Shown: positions 1-17,286 of the stretch, in pieces
Layout: each line of letters starts with the position of its first letter
Position numbering within the stretch: the first letter of the stretch is position 1
Assembly: GCA_951406725.2 (NCBI GenBank)
Contig: OX597815.1
Coordinates: 69,564,001-69,628,000, forward strand
DNA: 64,000 nucleotides
Reading direction: 5' to 3'
Source of the DNA: Octopus vulgaris
Taxonomy: Eukaryota
Program-made: the position numbers and the translations under genes
Notes under the pieces: model-generated
What the model was told of the DNA's origin: nothing
Databases searched by the model: none
The model's input: the letters and a program-made list of their open reading frames with translations, nothing else

Positions 1-845
1 CATTACATGTATTTTATACAGAGACAAGTAATTAAGTAATTGAACAATTATAAAAACAAACATGAAGAATTAAAATGAAACGAAGCTTACTACTACTCGT
101 TGTTGTTCCTTGCAGATATTTAATAACAAAAATCTCAGTCGAAAATATGATTAAAAAATATAAAACATTATTTTTCAAATATTCTCTTATGTAACTGAGT
201 GCGTGAGAAAATGCCGAGAACACGAGAAGCAAGCAAATAAATGTTACTGCAAGTCTACACAAGTCTACTGTAATGAATATAAAACAACAAACTGTACTAA
301 AATCTGTTCTGATTTCCCTGGAGTAACAAGCAATATAATGATTCGGAGTGTATTCGTTGCATTACATGAACAGCTCACGCAACGAAGAAAAGCATATCAC
401 GCAAAGAAAAACAGGAAATATATAGATTTTCCTCTAAAAATCATTGTAAAAAGTAAATTTTATGAAATATTTTAAATTAAAATAGGATACTGGAAAGGAA
501 GGAGGAAAGAAAAAATACAGCTTCAAGATACGAAACTAAATAGTTAATGTAGAAATAATACCTGCCTTGTGACGCAAGATATTTATTTTTACATATTATG
601 TCAAAGGCGAAAGATCTTCACCTAAAACTAACGACATCAACAACACATTGTAGTAAGCTAAACAAAACTAAGCTTATTTTAGGAAGTATTTCAGGATATT
701 TGGAGATTAAAATAACAGAAAAAAATGGAAGAAGATATTCAGAGAATTCAGGAATAAAATGTAAACAAGAATTTTATGGAGTTAATACAAGAAATCTGAG
801 CAAAAATCAGAAATAATGCTTCCTAATTTAAACAGCAATTTTGAG

Positions 846-1037
846 GGGAAAGTATCAATCTTTTCTATCGACTCCAGTTCTTGACTATCATTGTATTCTA
901 TCGAACTCAGAAAGGAAAAATTAACCTCGATGGGATTTGAACTCAGAACGTAAAGTTGAGGGAGAAAATGCTAAAAGGTTGGGTTTTTTTTAAAAATTAT
1001 CCGACGCTCTAACGATTCTGCCAGTTTCTTGTCTTAA
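846..1037 (-). mobile_element. Degraded tRNA-derived SINE (MetaSINE-like core)
   Basis: Reverse complement resembles the SINE at 62053-62290 (GATTTGAACTCAGAACGTAAAG; CTAACGATTCTGCCAG head). Confidence 0.6.
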
Positions 1038-1655
1038 GAAAAGAGCAGCTCAAATATAATGAGCTTTTAGAAGACATCGAAAAATCTTTGCTGAAGAACA
1101 GCACATTGGAATAAATAGTTTACCTATGACAAGAAATTTTAAAATTGGCTATTTTAAAAATGAGTAAGGTATTAAATTGGTCTTCGATTTAAAATTTAAA
1201 CTTCTAATCCCGCCAAGATATTTTTGGAAATAATTATATTTCCCTTAGAGTAACTGGCTGGAAGGACACACCACGTCTTATAATTACAAATATAAAACAA
1301 ATACAAGACAAGTGGATTCAGAAAGTAACTTTAGGAAACGATAAGGATAGGGAAACACTAAGAAGAAATTATATCGGTTTCCACCCTAAAAATAAAGGGA
1401 TTTAAATGATAAACAAGATTGAGCGATATCTGGAATGTGGAGAAACGGCTCCTGGGGTCTGTGTAGGGAACAATTATTAGACAGAAGAATTCATAATAAT
1501 TCTTAATGCAACTGAATTGATCCAACTCTTCGATATTGACACGTTATTGGCTACAGGAATTGATAAGCACTTAGGATTCTGAATATATATGAAGAACCTG
1601 TAAGACTCAACTTGGAATAACAAAAAACAAAAAAAAAAAACAAAAAAAAACAGCA

Positions 1656-2460
1656 ATACTAGTCTGACTAATGGGATAAAACCTTCAAATTTCAAAATAA
1701 TAGTAATTAATATATGCTCTTGAAATAACCTTAGCTTAAAATACCGCTGTATATAAAATATAGTATGTATATACAAATATTGAACGGCACTAACTGTGAT
1801 ATTTTATCTCAAACACATTTATTAAAACCTGAGGATTCTGTTCAGGATACTGGTGGCTCGCCAGACTCAGTGTTTCGACTTGTTTCGGTCTCCTCAGTAA
1901 TGAAAACCGCGAACGTGTTGAGCTAAGCTGAAAAATATTTGTTCTGATAGAGAAATCAGTGAACAAAACATATACTGATTTCTACGAAAGCTAGTCAGAC
2001 TATACTTATATTAATATATGCGCTTGAAATAGCCTTAGATTAAAACACCAGTGTGTATAACATTTATAATATGCATACAAGCATAGAACGACTATGGCAG
2101 TGATATTTTATCTCAGAGAAATACTTTAGAGACTTGTATGTTAAAATCACGATGCTTGGTTCAGAATACCGGTGAAACTCTAGATAGGATGTTTCGACTT
2201 GTGATGAATACCTTAGACGTTAGAAGCTAAGACGAAAATGTTCGTTCCGATATAGAAATCTAGCCAAACTAGAATTAAATTAACACACACGCGCGTGCAC
2301 CCCACGCACTCCCCCCACCCACACTTAAAACAGCCTTAGGTTGCAATACCAGTGTGTTTATTACCACTTATAATACGTATACAAACGGCACTAGCTGAAA
2401 TATTTTACCTAGGAGAAACTTCTCAATGAGCTTTGTGTGTTCAAAACAGAAAGCTTGCGA
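1656..2460. repeat. Degenerate tandem repeat, ~304-bp unit, ~2.6 copies
   Basis: TTAATATATG(C/G)NCTTGAAATA(A/G)CCTTAG at ~1707 and 2011, CTTAAAACAGCCTTAG at ~2324; GTTTCGACTTGT and AGCTAAG blocks shared by units 1 and 2. Confidence 0.8.
1857..1904 (-). ncRNA. Type I hammerhead ribozyme-like motif in repeat unit 1
   Basis: Minus strand: CTGAGGA-GAC cgaaacaa GTC-GAAAC actga GTC; stem I is wobble-rich (TTCATTA/TGGCGAG). Confidence 0.6.
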
Positions 2461-2539
2461 AAATAATCTTTTTTTAACATAAATTTTTCTCTTGTATTTT
2501 CTTCATCTGGTGTTTCAGTCGAACCCTTGGGGTATCATG

Positions 2540-2825
2540 TAGGAGCAGCAGGCTACGGGTTCAATCCTATCATGTGGTATCTTGGACAAATGTTATTTTT
2601 GGTAGCCTCGGTTTAACCCACACCTTATAAGTGAAATTGGGTAGGCGGAAACTGTATAGAAGATGGTCAGATGGATTATGATAGTAATTCAAAAGGTACA
2701 GGCTGATCAGACACCGTGTTACACTGATTCTATATGAGGCTTACGGAATACTCAGCTACTTACACCGGTAATTCAAGAGTAGGTAATTCAGTAAATTGAA
2801 TCTTTATCGTCGAAACCGACGAAGA
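2540..2825 (+). mobile_element. Degraded SINE fragments
   Basis: B-box-like GGTTCAATCC followed by CTTGGACAAATG...GGAAACTG, similar to the SINE at 29545-30097. Confidence 0.5.
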
Positions 2826-3107
2826 AATATTATTCTGGAGTATTTATACTATGATATTCACCGATTTGTTAGATACGAAAGCGAATGCTGAACAAAATGA
2901 CTTGCAATATTTAGATTTGTCCAAGCTATGCGCTTTGTTTTACGTATCCAAAATGGCGCAAAGACTATAAAAGAGCGTTAATGAATACGGTGTCTTCGAT
3001 TTGGTCGATTAAACACTTTCTAATACAAAAGTTTTCGTTGTGGTTGTGCCTGCCAAAGAAATTAATATCTGACTAGACAGATAAAAGGAATAATGTAGGA
3101 GCTGCAA

Positions 3108-3138
<31 letters not shown>

Positions 3139-3605
3139 TTTATGTATGTATAAATACATATATAAATATACGTGTATATATATATATAGATGCTTATATA
3201 TGTACATGTACATATGTATATATATATTTATATATATACATGTGTGTGAATGTGTGTGAGTGTGTACTTGTATGTGATTGTTTGTATGTGAGCGTGTGTT
3301 TGTATATGTGTGTGCGTATGTTGATATGAAGGTCAATGTTAGACGACAGAAAGGAAAAAAAGACAGCTGTGACTGAGACATGATTTCATTTAAAAAGAAT
3401 TGCCTTAACTGTGTTCTGTTGTTTCTGGGTATTGAAAATACTCCATACATACATACATACATACATACATACATACATACATACATACATACATACATAC
3501 ATACATACATAAACACACACACGGGCGTGCACACACGTACGTGTGTATGTATGTAGTAATGTATGTATGTATGCATGTATGTATGTATGCATGTATGTAT
3601 ATGTG

Positions 3606-3870
3606 GAGGCGCATGGCTTACTGGTTAGAGTGCTGCACTCACGATTGCGAGATCGTGGGTTTGATTTCTAGACCGGGCATTGCGTTGTGTTCTTGACCAA
3701 AGAACTACATTTCATGTTGCTCTACGATCATTTCGTCAACCGACATGCAGTACACGGTGCACCTGTACAGGTAATGTGGATTAGTTGACGAGAGTGAGCT
3801 TATGTGTACACAAGCATTTGATCACTATAAACAAATCATGTGTGGTTGTTCGGCAAGAAATTTCAGAACC
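3606..3870 (+). mobile_element. tRNA-derived SINE
   Basis: GGAGGCGCATGGCTTACTGGTTAG (A box), GGGTTTGATTTC (B box), then GTGTTCTTGACCAA core. Confidence 0.75.
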
Positions 3871-4109
3871 CTCATACGTCACACACACACACATGAATAT
3901 ACAAACATATATATTAATATATTTATACACACACACACATACGTTAATATCAAAGAATAAAAATTAGTACTCAACACCACATTGATCGACAAATATCCTT
4001 TATTTGCTACTTAACAATGTTACCATTAGTTTCATGCTGAGAGAAAATTTCTTAACAATTATCAAGCCTTCCACGTGGGACGTAGACACTCGTTTCCCTC
4101 ATGGATGAG

Positions 4110-4276
4110 ATTACGCGAAACTACACGAGACTGTACGGGATTTGGGAATAAATAAATATACAACTCATAGGAGACAGCTTATAAGAAAACTGAGCCACTT
4201 GCACGTTAATTTCTAGAGCAGGCTGTTCCTTGATTGGATTAACTAGAACACTCGTCATCGTAATCGACGGAATGTC
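4110..4276 (+). mobile_element. SINE 3' segment
   Basis: GCACGTTAATTTCTAGAGCAGGCTGTTCC...CTCGTCATCGTAATCGACGGA matches the reverse complement of 9880-9960. Confidence 0.7.
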
Positions 4277-4318
4277 AGTTATAATTATATGTAAGCTTTC
4301 ATATGTCTTCTGTATGCA

Positions 4319-5451
4319 CACAGACATGACAGAAGTAAATGGACACCCCATAAAACATCATCTTATGTTTATTCTACTTCAGGTTCTATATGTGACTGTT
4401 TAATCATACCATGAACAAAAGAAGCCTTGGAACTCCATATTGTGGATCAATCTGAAGGTGGATATAGCGTAAAATCGCAGAAAACCTTGGGATCCCGCTT
4501 TCTACAGTTAATAGAGTGGTTGTGCAATTCACCAGACAGGGGAAGGAGTCCACATCACATCGCCCAGGTTGACCAGGGCCCTCTGACAGGACTCTTCTCA
4601 TTATTAAGAGAAGTGTGGAGGATAATCCTCGTTACCAAGGCCTCTGACATAGTAGAACAAGTTGGTATCAGTCCCAGAACAGCTGTCATGTATTTCCATA
4701 AACTTGGTTACTTTGGCAGCGCAGCAAGAAGGAAGCCACTTCCTTGACTAGCCAAAATCAAGTGGAGAAAAGATTGGGCCAGTGAGATGGTGGAGAAGTC
4801 ACTAGCATTTTGGGACACTGTCATATTTTTCAATGAGTCCAGATTTGCTGTATTTTCTGACAGTGGTTGAATGTGGGCCTGGAGACTCTGTGATGAAGAA
4901 TCTGATGTGAAAAGATTGCAGCCAACAATAAAACAGCTATTGATGGTCTCGAGAGCAATTTGGAGATAAATATATGTTCATATTGCAGAAAGGACTCCTT
5001 CCAATCTTCTCAAGTGGTGAAATGATTAAAAAAAGACTCTTTAGTTATGGAAGATGGGGCTCCTTGTCATACAACTAAAAAGACCCAAGATTGATAGGAA
5101 GAGAATGGCATTAAAAAGCTTCCATGGTCAAGCCAGTCACCAGATATGAGCCTTATTGAACACCTCTGGGGCATAAAGGACAAGACACTTCATAAAAAGA
5201 ACAAGAAAGCTCTTCAAACCCAAATTTTTTGAGATTACTGCATGAAACGTGACCAAAAATTTCGCAAGAGAATATTCGTCATCTGATCAGTAACATGCCT
5301 AATAGAGTCCTTGCATTGAAAAATGCAAAGAGCATGTAAAATATTAAATATTCACATTATAACAATTAATAAAGAACTTGAATGAATAATTTCAAATTTA
5401 AGTAAATTTTAATGGTTATAAGGGTGTCCAATTACCTCTGTCATGTCTATG
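4319..5451 (+). mobile_element. Tc1-like DNA transposon with degraded DDE transposase
   Basis: TIRs CA(C/T)AGACATGACAGA(A/G)GTAA(A/T)TGGACACCC at both ends; broken frames give ARRKPL, WDTVIFFNESRF, MEDGAPCHT and WSSQSPDMSLIEHLW. Confidence 0.9.
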
Positions 5452-6547
5452 TATGTGTGATTGTGTATATCTTTTCACTCAGGGACCGTAAATGCCGAGT
5501 CCCTGAAATGTTTTTCAAATTTTCAATGTTCTAATCGTTTGTATTCGGAGAACACAAATCCGTCTGATCTTCTCTATTTGAAAGAATCCAACCCAAGCAT
5601 TTCTAGATTTCTGTGCCCCAGAGCCTGACTAACATTGTTAGAAACTCTCAAGGAAAGGGAGTATAATTTCAACAAATTACGAATAAATTCTCGAATTGGC
5701 TTACACACTAAGGAAAGGAGAATCTGATCTTTGTTTTTAGATAAGGGAAGGAACAAGACACATGAGCTTAGGTTATCTACTTTGTCTGCATAACTCTGCT
5801 TCTTTGCCGGCAGATCAACTGTTTATATTTTTACATGTAGAAACAAAATGGCCTTAGTATATACTTTAGTCAAGATTTATTTGCATGATTAAAATAAAAA
5901 GACATGAGAAATGACTCAGACTGGCCCACAGCATAATTATGAATAATTAAGGGGTTCTATAAAATAAATTTTTAATTTATGTATGCAATAAATTCTTAAT
6001 TTATTGTATATGGTATGCAGTGCTTCACTTTAATTATTTTAATTTATGCCATAGAAACCTTCCAGATATTCTTTTATCATTTTTTTTACTTCACTTATGC
6101 AAATTACTTTCAGACATAAATGTATTAAACTCTATTATACATGTATTCACATAGATGTATACATACATGTATTCATGCGTAAATACACACACGCCACAAG
6201 TAAATATTTACATACATGCAGCTATACAGATATAAGAAATGAGCACTCAGTATTGAAGAATAAGTTGTCACAATATATATATGTATATGTTTATATGTAT
6301 ACATACACACATATATAATTTTAAATTGAAAGCAACTTACTACTCCCGCGAGAGTCTCCTAGCATTAACTTGTATGTATGTATGTATGTATGTATGTATG
6401 TATGTATGTATGTATGTATGTATGTATGTATGTATGTATGTATGTATGTATGTATGTATGTATGTATGTGTATATGTATGTATGTATGTATTATGTATGT
6501 ATGCATGTATGTATGTATGTATGCATGTATGTATATATATATATATT

Positions 6548-6648
6548 GATAAAAATGGTAAGACAGCAAAAGAATGAAAGAGGAATTTATCTGTAAATGT
6601 AATATGTGACAATTATTCGGTAGCCATGATAAAACTCCGAGTTTTATA
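6548..6648 (-). mobile_element. Short PLE-end-like fragment between microsatellites
   Basis: Shares AATATGTGACAATTATTCGGTAGCCATGAT with 15212-15242; retains an HHR stem III-like half (AAAACTCGGAGTT). Confidence 0.55.
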
Positions 6649-6653
6649 CATAC

Positions 6654-6702
<49 letters not shown>

Positions 6703-6742
6703 TGTATGTATGTATGTATGTATGTATGTATGTATGTATGCA

Positions 6743-7150
6743 TAGTGAGAATTTACAAAGGAACAAAAGACGAAGACGGGTGTGTAAACAACAAGCAGAT
6801 GCATTAGTTTAACGATCGGGAAAGTCTTTTACGTTTCGAGCCTACGCTCTTCGACAGGAAGGAACAAAGAAATAAACAGGGAGAGAAAATAGAAAAAGTT
6901 TTAGTGGCTAGCGGTCTATCATCGTGAATGCCAGACAGAGGGGTCACACAAGAGAGCTAGGAAGAAGGGGAGATAATAAAGTAGTGGTGATCCTAAACGA
7001 AGGTGTGCGTGCCTGTGTATGTGAGAGTGTATATGTGCGTGTGGAAGGGGGAAGGTGACGTTGACTTGTGTGTGTGTGCATGTGTAGGTGTGTGGATGAT
7101 GGTGTGGGTGCTGGGAAGTGGTCGACGTCACCAACGTTGCAAATAACATA
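6743..7150 (-). mobile_element. PLE 3' end/pLTR remnant with HHR-like motif (6823-6862)
   Basis: Minus strand: CTGTCGA A GAGC gtag GCTC GAAAC GTA aaag; downstream sequence resembles the pLTR at 18554 and abuts (TACA)n. Confidence 0.7.
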
Positions 7151-7169
7151 CACAATAAAGAGATAGATA

Positions 7170-7415
7170 CAAGATGTGGACAGTAATTACAGGACAAAAA
7201 CGAAAGAAATACGTAAAGAACGAGAAAAAAGGAAAACAAGACAAGTTAACACAGAAAAAGGACCCTTCATCGGTTGTTGGCTGTCTACTCCTCATTTCGA
7301 GCATTCAAAGACATTAGCTCCCATAAATTCTGAAATAAAATTTAGGATTTATGGAGGGTCAAAGTTCGGAACAAAAGAAAAAGAACAGTGGAGATACAAG
7401 GAAACTGAACAAAAA
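7170..7415 (-). mobile_element. Short repeat family, PLE-end-like, related to 28168-28332
   Basis: Shared blocks TACAGGACA...ACAAGACAA...CCCTTCATC(G/A)G...TTTCGA. Confidence 0.5.
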
Positions 7416-7422
7416 ATATATA

Positions 7423-7488
<66 letters not shown>

Positions 7489-7707
7489 TATAAATAAATA
7501 TATATATGCATATATATATGTAGGCATGTACACATATGTGTGTATAAATACTATATATATATTATTTGTATGTGATCGAATGCCACATCTATTTCCAAGT
7601 AAGTTATATATGTGTGTGTATGTGTATGTATGTATGTATGTATGTATGTATGTATGTATGTATGTATGTATGTATGTATGTATGTATATATATATATATA
7701 TGTATAT

Positions 7708-7744
<37 letters not shown>

Positions 7745-7755
7745 TATATATATTA

Positions 7756-7836
<81 letters not shown>

Positions 7837-8211
7837 TGACGTCAAAAGGATTTTTGAAACTTAGAGAACGTGAAATAATTCTTTTGTTTTGTTTTTAGGA
7901 AATGTGAATCTCGAAGCAAATGAATTTATAAATAACGCAAACATACATAAAGTGCAAAACAGAAGAATACGTATAGCGTGAAACTATTCACTAATAAGCA
8001 AATATCTTGTGAGTAAAGGATTTCGCTTCTGTTTTGAACTATCTATCCGTAATCTACCGTCATTATAACATATAAACTTGCAATATGGAATTATCTTTGC
8101 ACTGACACAAGTTTTCTTCCTATGCATCCATCTTGGAGCTGAATGAAACGTTTAGAGTTCTAACTTAATGCTTATATATCGTGCATTTTAGTAGCTAATT
8201 TATAAACTTCC

Positions 8212-8315
<104 letters not shown>

Positions 8316-8872
8316 TATATATACACATATATACTGTATGTATGTATATAGTATGTATGCATGCGTGTACGTATGTGTGTATATGCGTATGCGTGTACAG
8401 ACGTACGCGCATGTGCACACAAACACACACAGATACACATACTTTTTGTCCTCGCTCAGATTTGGTTTTAGAAATGTAGACATTTACATAATTTTGAGTA
8501 GTGAGTTGCGTGATGCCAAAATTTAAATGAAGTCTACAGTCACCCACCCTCTTTTCCAATAGAGTTTATTTCAAGATTGACAATGCTAATGAAAGCGACT
8601 TGAATGAAGGAAGAATCAGGAAATTTAACAGAATAGACTTTATTCGACGAAACTATAACAGTGGCGTCGTCTACAACTGTTTATGTTGTTGTTGTTTAGG
8701 CCATCTAGTCTTTTTCTGCTCACCAATATCCAACGTATTCTTCATTTTATACTATAATATGGACTGTGAAGGATTTGACTGCTACGTCTGGCAGATCGAA
8801 CTACCACAAAAAGATACCTTGTTTACTCGAAATGTTAGATATGTGTTCTGTATGTAACAAATGTTCTGAAAG

Positions 8873-9160
8873 GGGGAAAGCGTGTGGTGTAATGGTTATG
8901 GTGTTGGGCTCACTATGATAAAAGTTGTGGGTTCAAATCCTGAATCGGGAGGTGCGTTGTGTCCTTAAGCAAGACACTTCATTTCACGTTGCACCCGTCC
9001 ACTCAGTCTATTTCTGCTGCAGCCCTCTCTCCTTTTAGCCGCAACACCTTAGGTGTGTTGCCGGGTTAAGAACGAAAGGCATGTGGGTTCGATTCGTGGC
9101 CCGGGGAGCAGGTTGTGTCCTTGAACCAGCCTCTTTATTATCCGTTGTTACTCAGCTGAA
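8873..9160 (+). mobile_element. Two tandem tRNA-derived SINE heads
   Basis: TGGTGTAATGG A box, GGTTCAAATCC B box, GTGTCCTTAAGCAAGACAC core; second B box GGTTCGATTC at ~9086. Confidence 0.7.
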
Positions 9161-9394
9161 ATGAGGGCCAGCCAAATGTTGGTGCAGCCTTTTCATTCTT
9201 CAGCTGTCATACCCTCGATATTCTATCGGATCGAGAAAATCGAATGGGTATCTATGTCTGTTGGCGATTACACAAGCACCTGAAACAATTAGCAAATGTA
9301 TGTTTCATAGCCATTCTCGTTTGGGTGTTGCGGTTGGCTGCACTTATATTTGGATAGTATACACTGTTTGTATTTGGTCAATCATTCAAAAGGC

Positions 9395-9745
9395 CTCTTT
9401 CGCTAACAGGCTACATTTTTTATTGTGCCTGGCAAGTCGCGGTCCTTTAAAAGCACCACAGATTCCACTGACGTGTGATATAGTATCAGCCCCTACTCTA
9501 TATCTTGGACACCTGGAGTCACCTCGGCGTCCACGATCAAGGTCTCTCAGGTGGGATACACATTCGAGCGCATCATGAGAAGCACCGTTCTGATATCCCA
9601 CCCGGCCTACTTATCCAACTATTACCAATTGCATCCCCACGAAAAGCCGCCGCACACGCCCCATGCACCGGCTGGGCCGCCCATTGATGGGAGGGCACCA
9701 GCCGGATGTCAGGATCGTACTCGGCAACTCCCGCAGGGTTGCTAT
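9395..9745 (-). pseudogene. Internal fragment of an R2/NeSL-type non-LTR ORF (linker and CCHC knuckle)
   Basis: GC-rich island; minus frames give WAAQPVHGACAAAFRGDAIGNSWI and RGRRGDSRCPRYRVGADTISHVSGIC...RLARHNK. Confidence 0.7.
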
Positions 9746-9869
9746 TAAATGCTGATTCTGTGTGGCTAATCCTGCAGAATGATTGTATTTGTTCAATCAT
9801 TCAAAAGGCAGCAAAAAGTAGATGAAAGATTTGCAAGAGGCTGCTTCGATACAAGCTGGTTCAGGGTCA

Positions 9870-10265
9870 CTTTTAACTGGCACTCTGTCGGTTACGACGA
9901 TGAGGGTTCCAGTTGATCCGATCAACGGAGCAGCCTGCTCGTGAAATTAACGTGAATGTGATTGAGCGCCCCACAGACACACGTAACCCTTCAGGTAGTT
10001 TTCAGGGAGATTCAATGTGACACAGAATGTGATAATTTGAATTACAGATACAACTCGTTTTTGCCAGCTAGACGGACTGGAGAAAGGTGAAAAAAAAGTG
10101 TCTTGCTCAAGGACTCAACGCACCGCCGAGAATCGAACTCACAACCTTACGATCGTGAGCTGAATACCCTAACCACGAGGTTCAGAGTCATAAATTGAAG
10201 TTATTCACGACATTACGATCACTTTAAGTCGAATACCGTAACCACTTAACTACGCATCTTCACAT
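9870..10265 (-). mobile_element. tRNA-derived SINE, near full length
   Basis: Minus strand: GGTTAGGGTATTCAGCTCACGATCGTAAGGTTGTGAGTTCGATTC head, CTTGAGCAAGACAC core, 3' segment as at 4110-4276. Confidence 0.8.
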
Positions 10266-10656
10266 TACCTAAGAAAATGACTGGGAAATAAAATTGGGAA
10301 CCAAGTTTGCAGCAGAAATCTACTTTTTGTGGCCCTTGTGTAAGCGTTACACAGGCATAGCACTATGATATATAAGCATGCTACTTTCCCTAAGAATTAA
10401 GGAACTAGTACTAATTATAAACGCCCTTCTCTGCACATAAATAATCCCTATCAGGGACAAGGTTTTTCTAGCTCGTATGATAATGCCATTTTCGTTATTT
10501 TCGACGAAAGAGTAAAATTTAATAATACCGTATTGTGTAAGCCATGTTGAATTTTATATTGCATGAAGAAGCTAAGCCTGGTGAATGTTTAATCAGCTAA
10601 TAATTAAGATATGAAGCAGAGAATAAATAATATGTATTCAAGATATATATGCTTCA

Positions 10657-14300
<3,644 letters not shown>

Positions 14301-15114
14301 GATAAGTGGAAGCAATGTGCGGGACAAAATAACCGTTTTGATTGTGGCTCTTAATAGTAATCATGTTTAACTCGCTCAGCTGCGAGATCCCATACAGTTC
14401 TATGCAGAAGACGGAGAACACATCTTTTATGAGAGGAAAAACGTGAAGCATGAATTTCGTATTTCTTTCTTTTATTTGTCATAAATATTCCTTTGTTCGT
14501 TAATCGATGATGTCATATTATAAATGTGATTTGTAAATGCAATTTACAAAGAGCATTTAATCATACCGAACACGTCTTCAGACAGGCTCGAAATATACAC
14601 ACACACATGCGCGCACACACGTACACACATGCACTCACACACACACACATACATGTATCTAGTTTACAGTAACGTTAAAGTAAGGCGAACAAAAGAAAAG
14701 TACTCCATTCAGTGAGAGATAAATATCATTTCATGTACACAGTATAAAGTTACAAGCTACTTATAGTTTCTTGTGTTGGAGACACGGGTCTAGACAGATT
14801 TTTATAACACGCAGTGTTTCTCCAAGCAATCCCAAGGCTCTGAGCACAATGGCCTACTCTCAGCGTCCTAATTTGCAAATAGAATACACAAGATTATTTG
14901 GAGACACAAGGCATGTTGTAAAAACCTGCCTTGAACAGTGTCTCCAAAACAAGAAACTATTAATAGTTCATTTCTTTATGCTGTGTTCATTAAATGGTTT
15001 ATATATATATATATATATATATCAAGGGTAAAAAATTAAGGAGTGCGTGCATTACATAAATAATACTTTCAGAATTAAATAAAAAGTAGACAACAAACGG
15101 AGAATATGACATAG

Positions 15115-15470
<356 letters not shown>

Positions 15471-15916
15471 CTTATTTAGTAACGAAAAATTATTTCGACG
15501 ATTTCTAGTCGTATAATTTTGATTGTCAATGTCTTTATATTGGATGTAAAGAGTAAAGTAGTTTTATATAATCCAGACCTGAAGATTGGCAGTATAGTCG
15601 GATTGATATGGTATTGAATTTCGAGAACTTCTATTTCAGCAATACCGATAGATATTGTCATGAAAAGCGAGTAGTCTATATAATTTAATATAGGTTTCAG
15701 AATAAGAAATGTAGATATTAATTTTGATAAAAAAAATTTAATTTTATATATCTCTATCATAGATAATGTCGTTCAATGTAGATTGAGTTGCTTGAAGATG
15801 GTTCTGTCTCTTAAATCTATCTATATATATGTATATAATACAGCGAGTAATTCATTTTAGTACCACTAAATTGAATTTCTCTCCCCTGTGGACGCGGAAA
15901 TATCTTTCCTAATATT

Positions 15917-15957
<41 letters not shown>

Positions 15958-15961
<4 letters not shown>

Positions 15962-17178
15962 GGTTGGACAAAATAATGGAAACACCTTAAAATTTTAAAC
16001 AAATTTATTTTAATATGGGGTAGTGATTACAGCTTGAATTCTACTAAGTATGGACTCGTGCAAAGTTTGAATTGTTTCCAAAGGAATTTTTGTCCATTCT
16101 TCAGCTAAAACAGTCTCCAGTTCTTGTAGTGATGATGGTAGAGGATATCGACTCCTTAACTGTTTTCCTAAGATAAACCATAAATGTTCAATTCTATCGA
16201 GATCTAGGGACTGTTGTAGCCAGTTAAGATGTTCAACTTCACTAGAATGTTCCTCGTGCCATTCAGTAACAACTTTGGCTGTGTGAATTGGTGCATTATC
16301 ATTCTGAAAGATTGCGTTTTCCTCCGAAACCATAGGGTGAATTTGATCAGATAAAATGCTTAAATATTCTTGACTATTAATTCTGCCATGAAGGGAAACC
16401 ATTGGGTCGGCGGATTTCCAAGATATGACGCCCCCCCCCACGATCATCACAGATCCTCCTCCATATTTAACAGTTGGGAGAAGGCAGTCTGGGTCAAATA
16501 CTTCTTTTGGCTGTCTCCACACGTATATTCGGTCGGTGGTCGGAAATAAGGTAAAGGATGACTCGTCCGAAAAAATAACACTCTTCCACTGCTCTAGGGA
16601 CCAATTCTGTAGATTTTTATTCCACTCTAAACGCTTTGCAACGTTTGTTTTTGAAAGTAGTGGTTTTCTGATTGCTGCCCTCCCGTGAAATCCGGCTTTG
16701 TTCAGCTCCTAGCGAACAGTTTTCGTGGAAACTGGGTTCTCGAGGTGATCATGAAGCCTTGCAGTAATTTTGGGAGCTGTACTTTCGTGATCCCTTCTAA
16801 CAATTCGCGTAAGAGTCCCTGTCTGAAAGTTTTAGTTTCCTTTCGGTGTTTTGTTTTGACGAGGAAGTTTTCTTCTTGTTCTCTCATTATTTTCAAGACT
16901 GTACTTCTTGATACACCAAACATTTCGGCTGTTTTCGTTACTCTGCCATACGAGCACCAACAATTTGACCTCTTTGAAAGTCCGATAGATCCGTCATTTT
17001 TATTACCTTTTTCTCATGATATCTGAAAAGAAACAGCAATATTAGCAAAACATATCAAGCAACACTAATAATAAATCAAAAAAAACATAAAAATAAACAA
17101 GCATTTGATGGTTTTATAGATATTTCAAAATTATGATGCTATGATGCTAGGTGTTTCCATTATTTCGTCCAACCCCTG
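15958..17178 (-). mobile_element. Tc1-like DNA transposon; transposase remnants at 16010-16522 and 16702-16923
   Basis: TIRs CAG(A/G)GGTTGGAC(A/G)AAATAATGGAAACACC; motifs TVKYGGGSVM, FQNDNAPIHTA, SLDLDRIEHLW; HTH FGVSRSTV. Confidence 0.92.
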
Positions 17179-17181
17179 AAT

Positions 17182-17213
<32 letters not shown>

Positions 17214-17231
17214 ATATATATATATATATAA

Positions 17232-17284
<53 letters not shown>

Positions 17285-17286
<2 letters not shown>

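Noticed and set aside
1-1600. A-rich region with short ORFs (203-475, 598-816), possibly a decayed ORF1/gag
   Set aside because: No diagnostic motif could be read with confidence.
3606-3680. tRNA gene
   Set aside because: A and B boxes are present but there is no clean cloverleaf, and it continues into a SINE body; the same applies at 8873 and 10110-10180.
5949-6061. Small AT-rich hairpin or MITE (GGTTCTAT...ATAGAAACC)
   Set aside because: Short, imperfect and very AT-rich, so it could arise by chance.
8560-8857. Open frame (VYFKIDNANE...YVFCM) after an AG as a possible host exon
   Set aside because: No recognisable domain and no convincing donor site; cannot be supported without RNA data.
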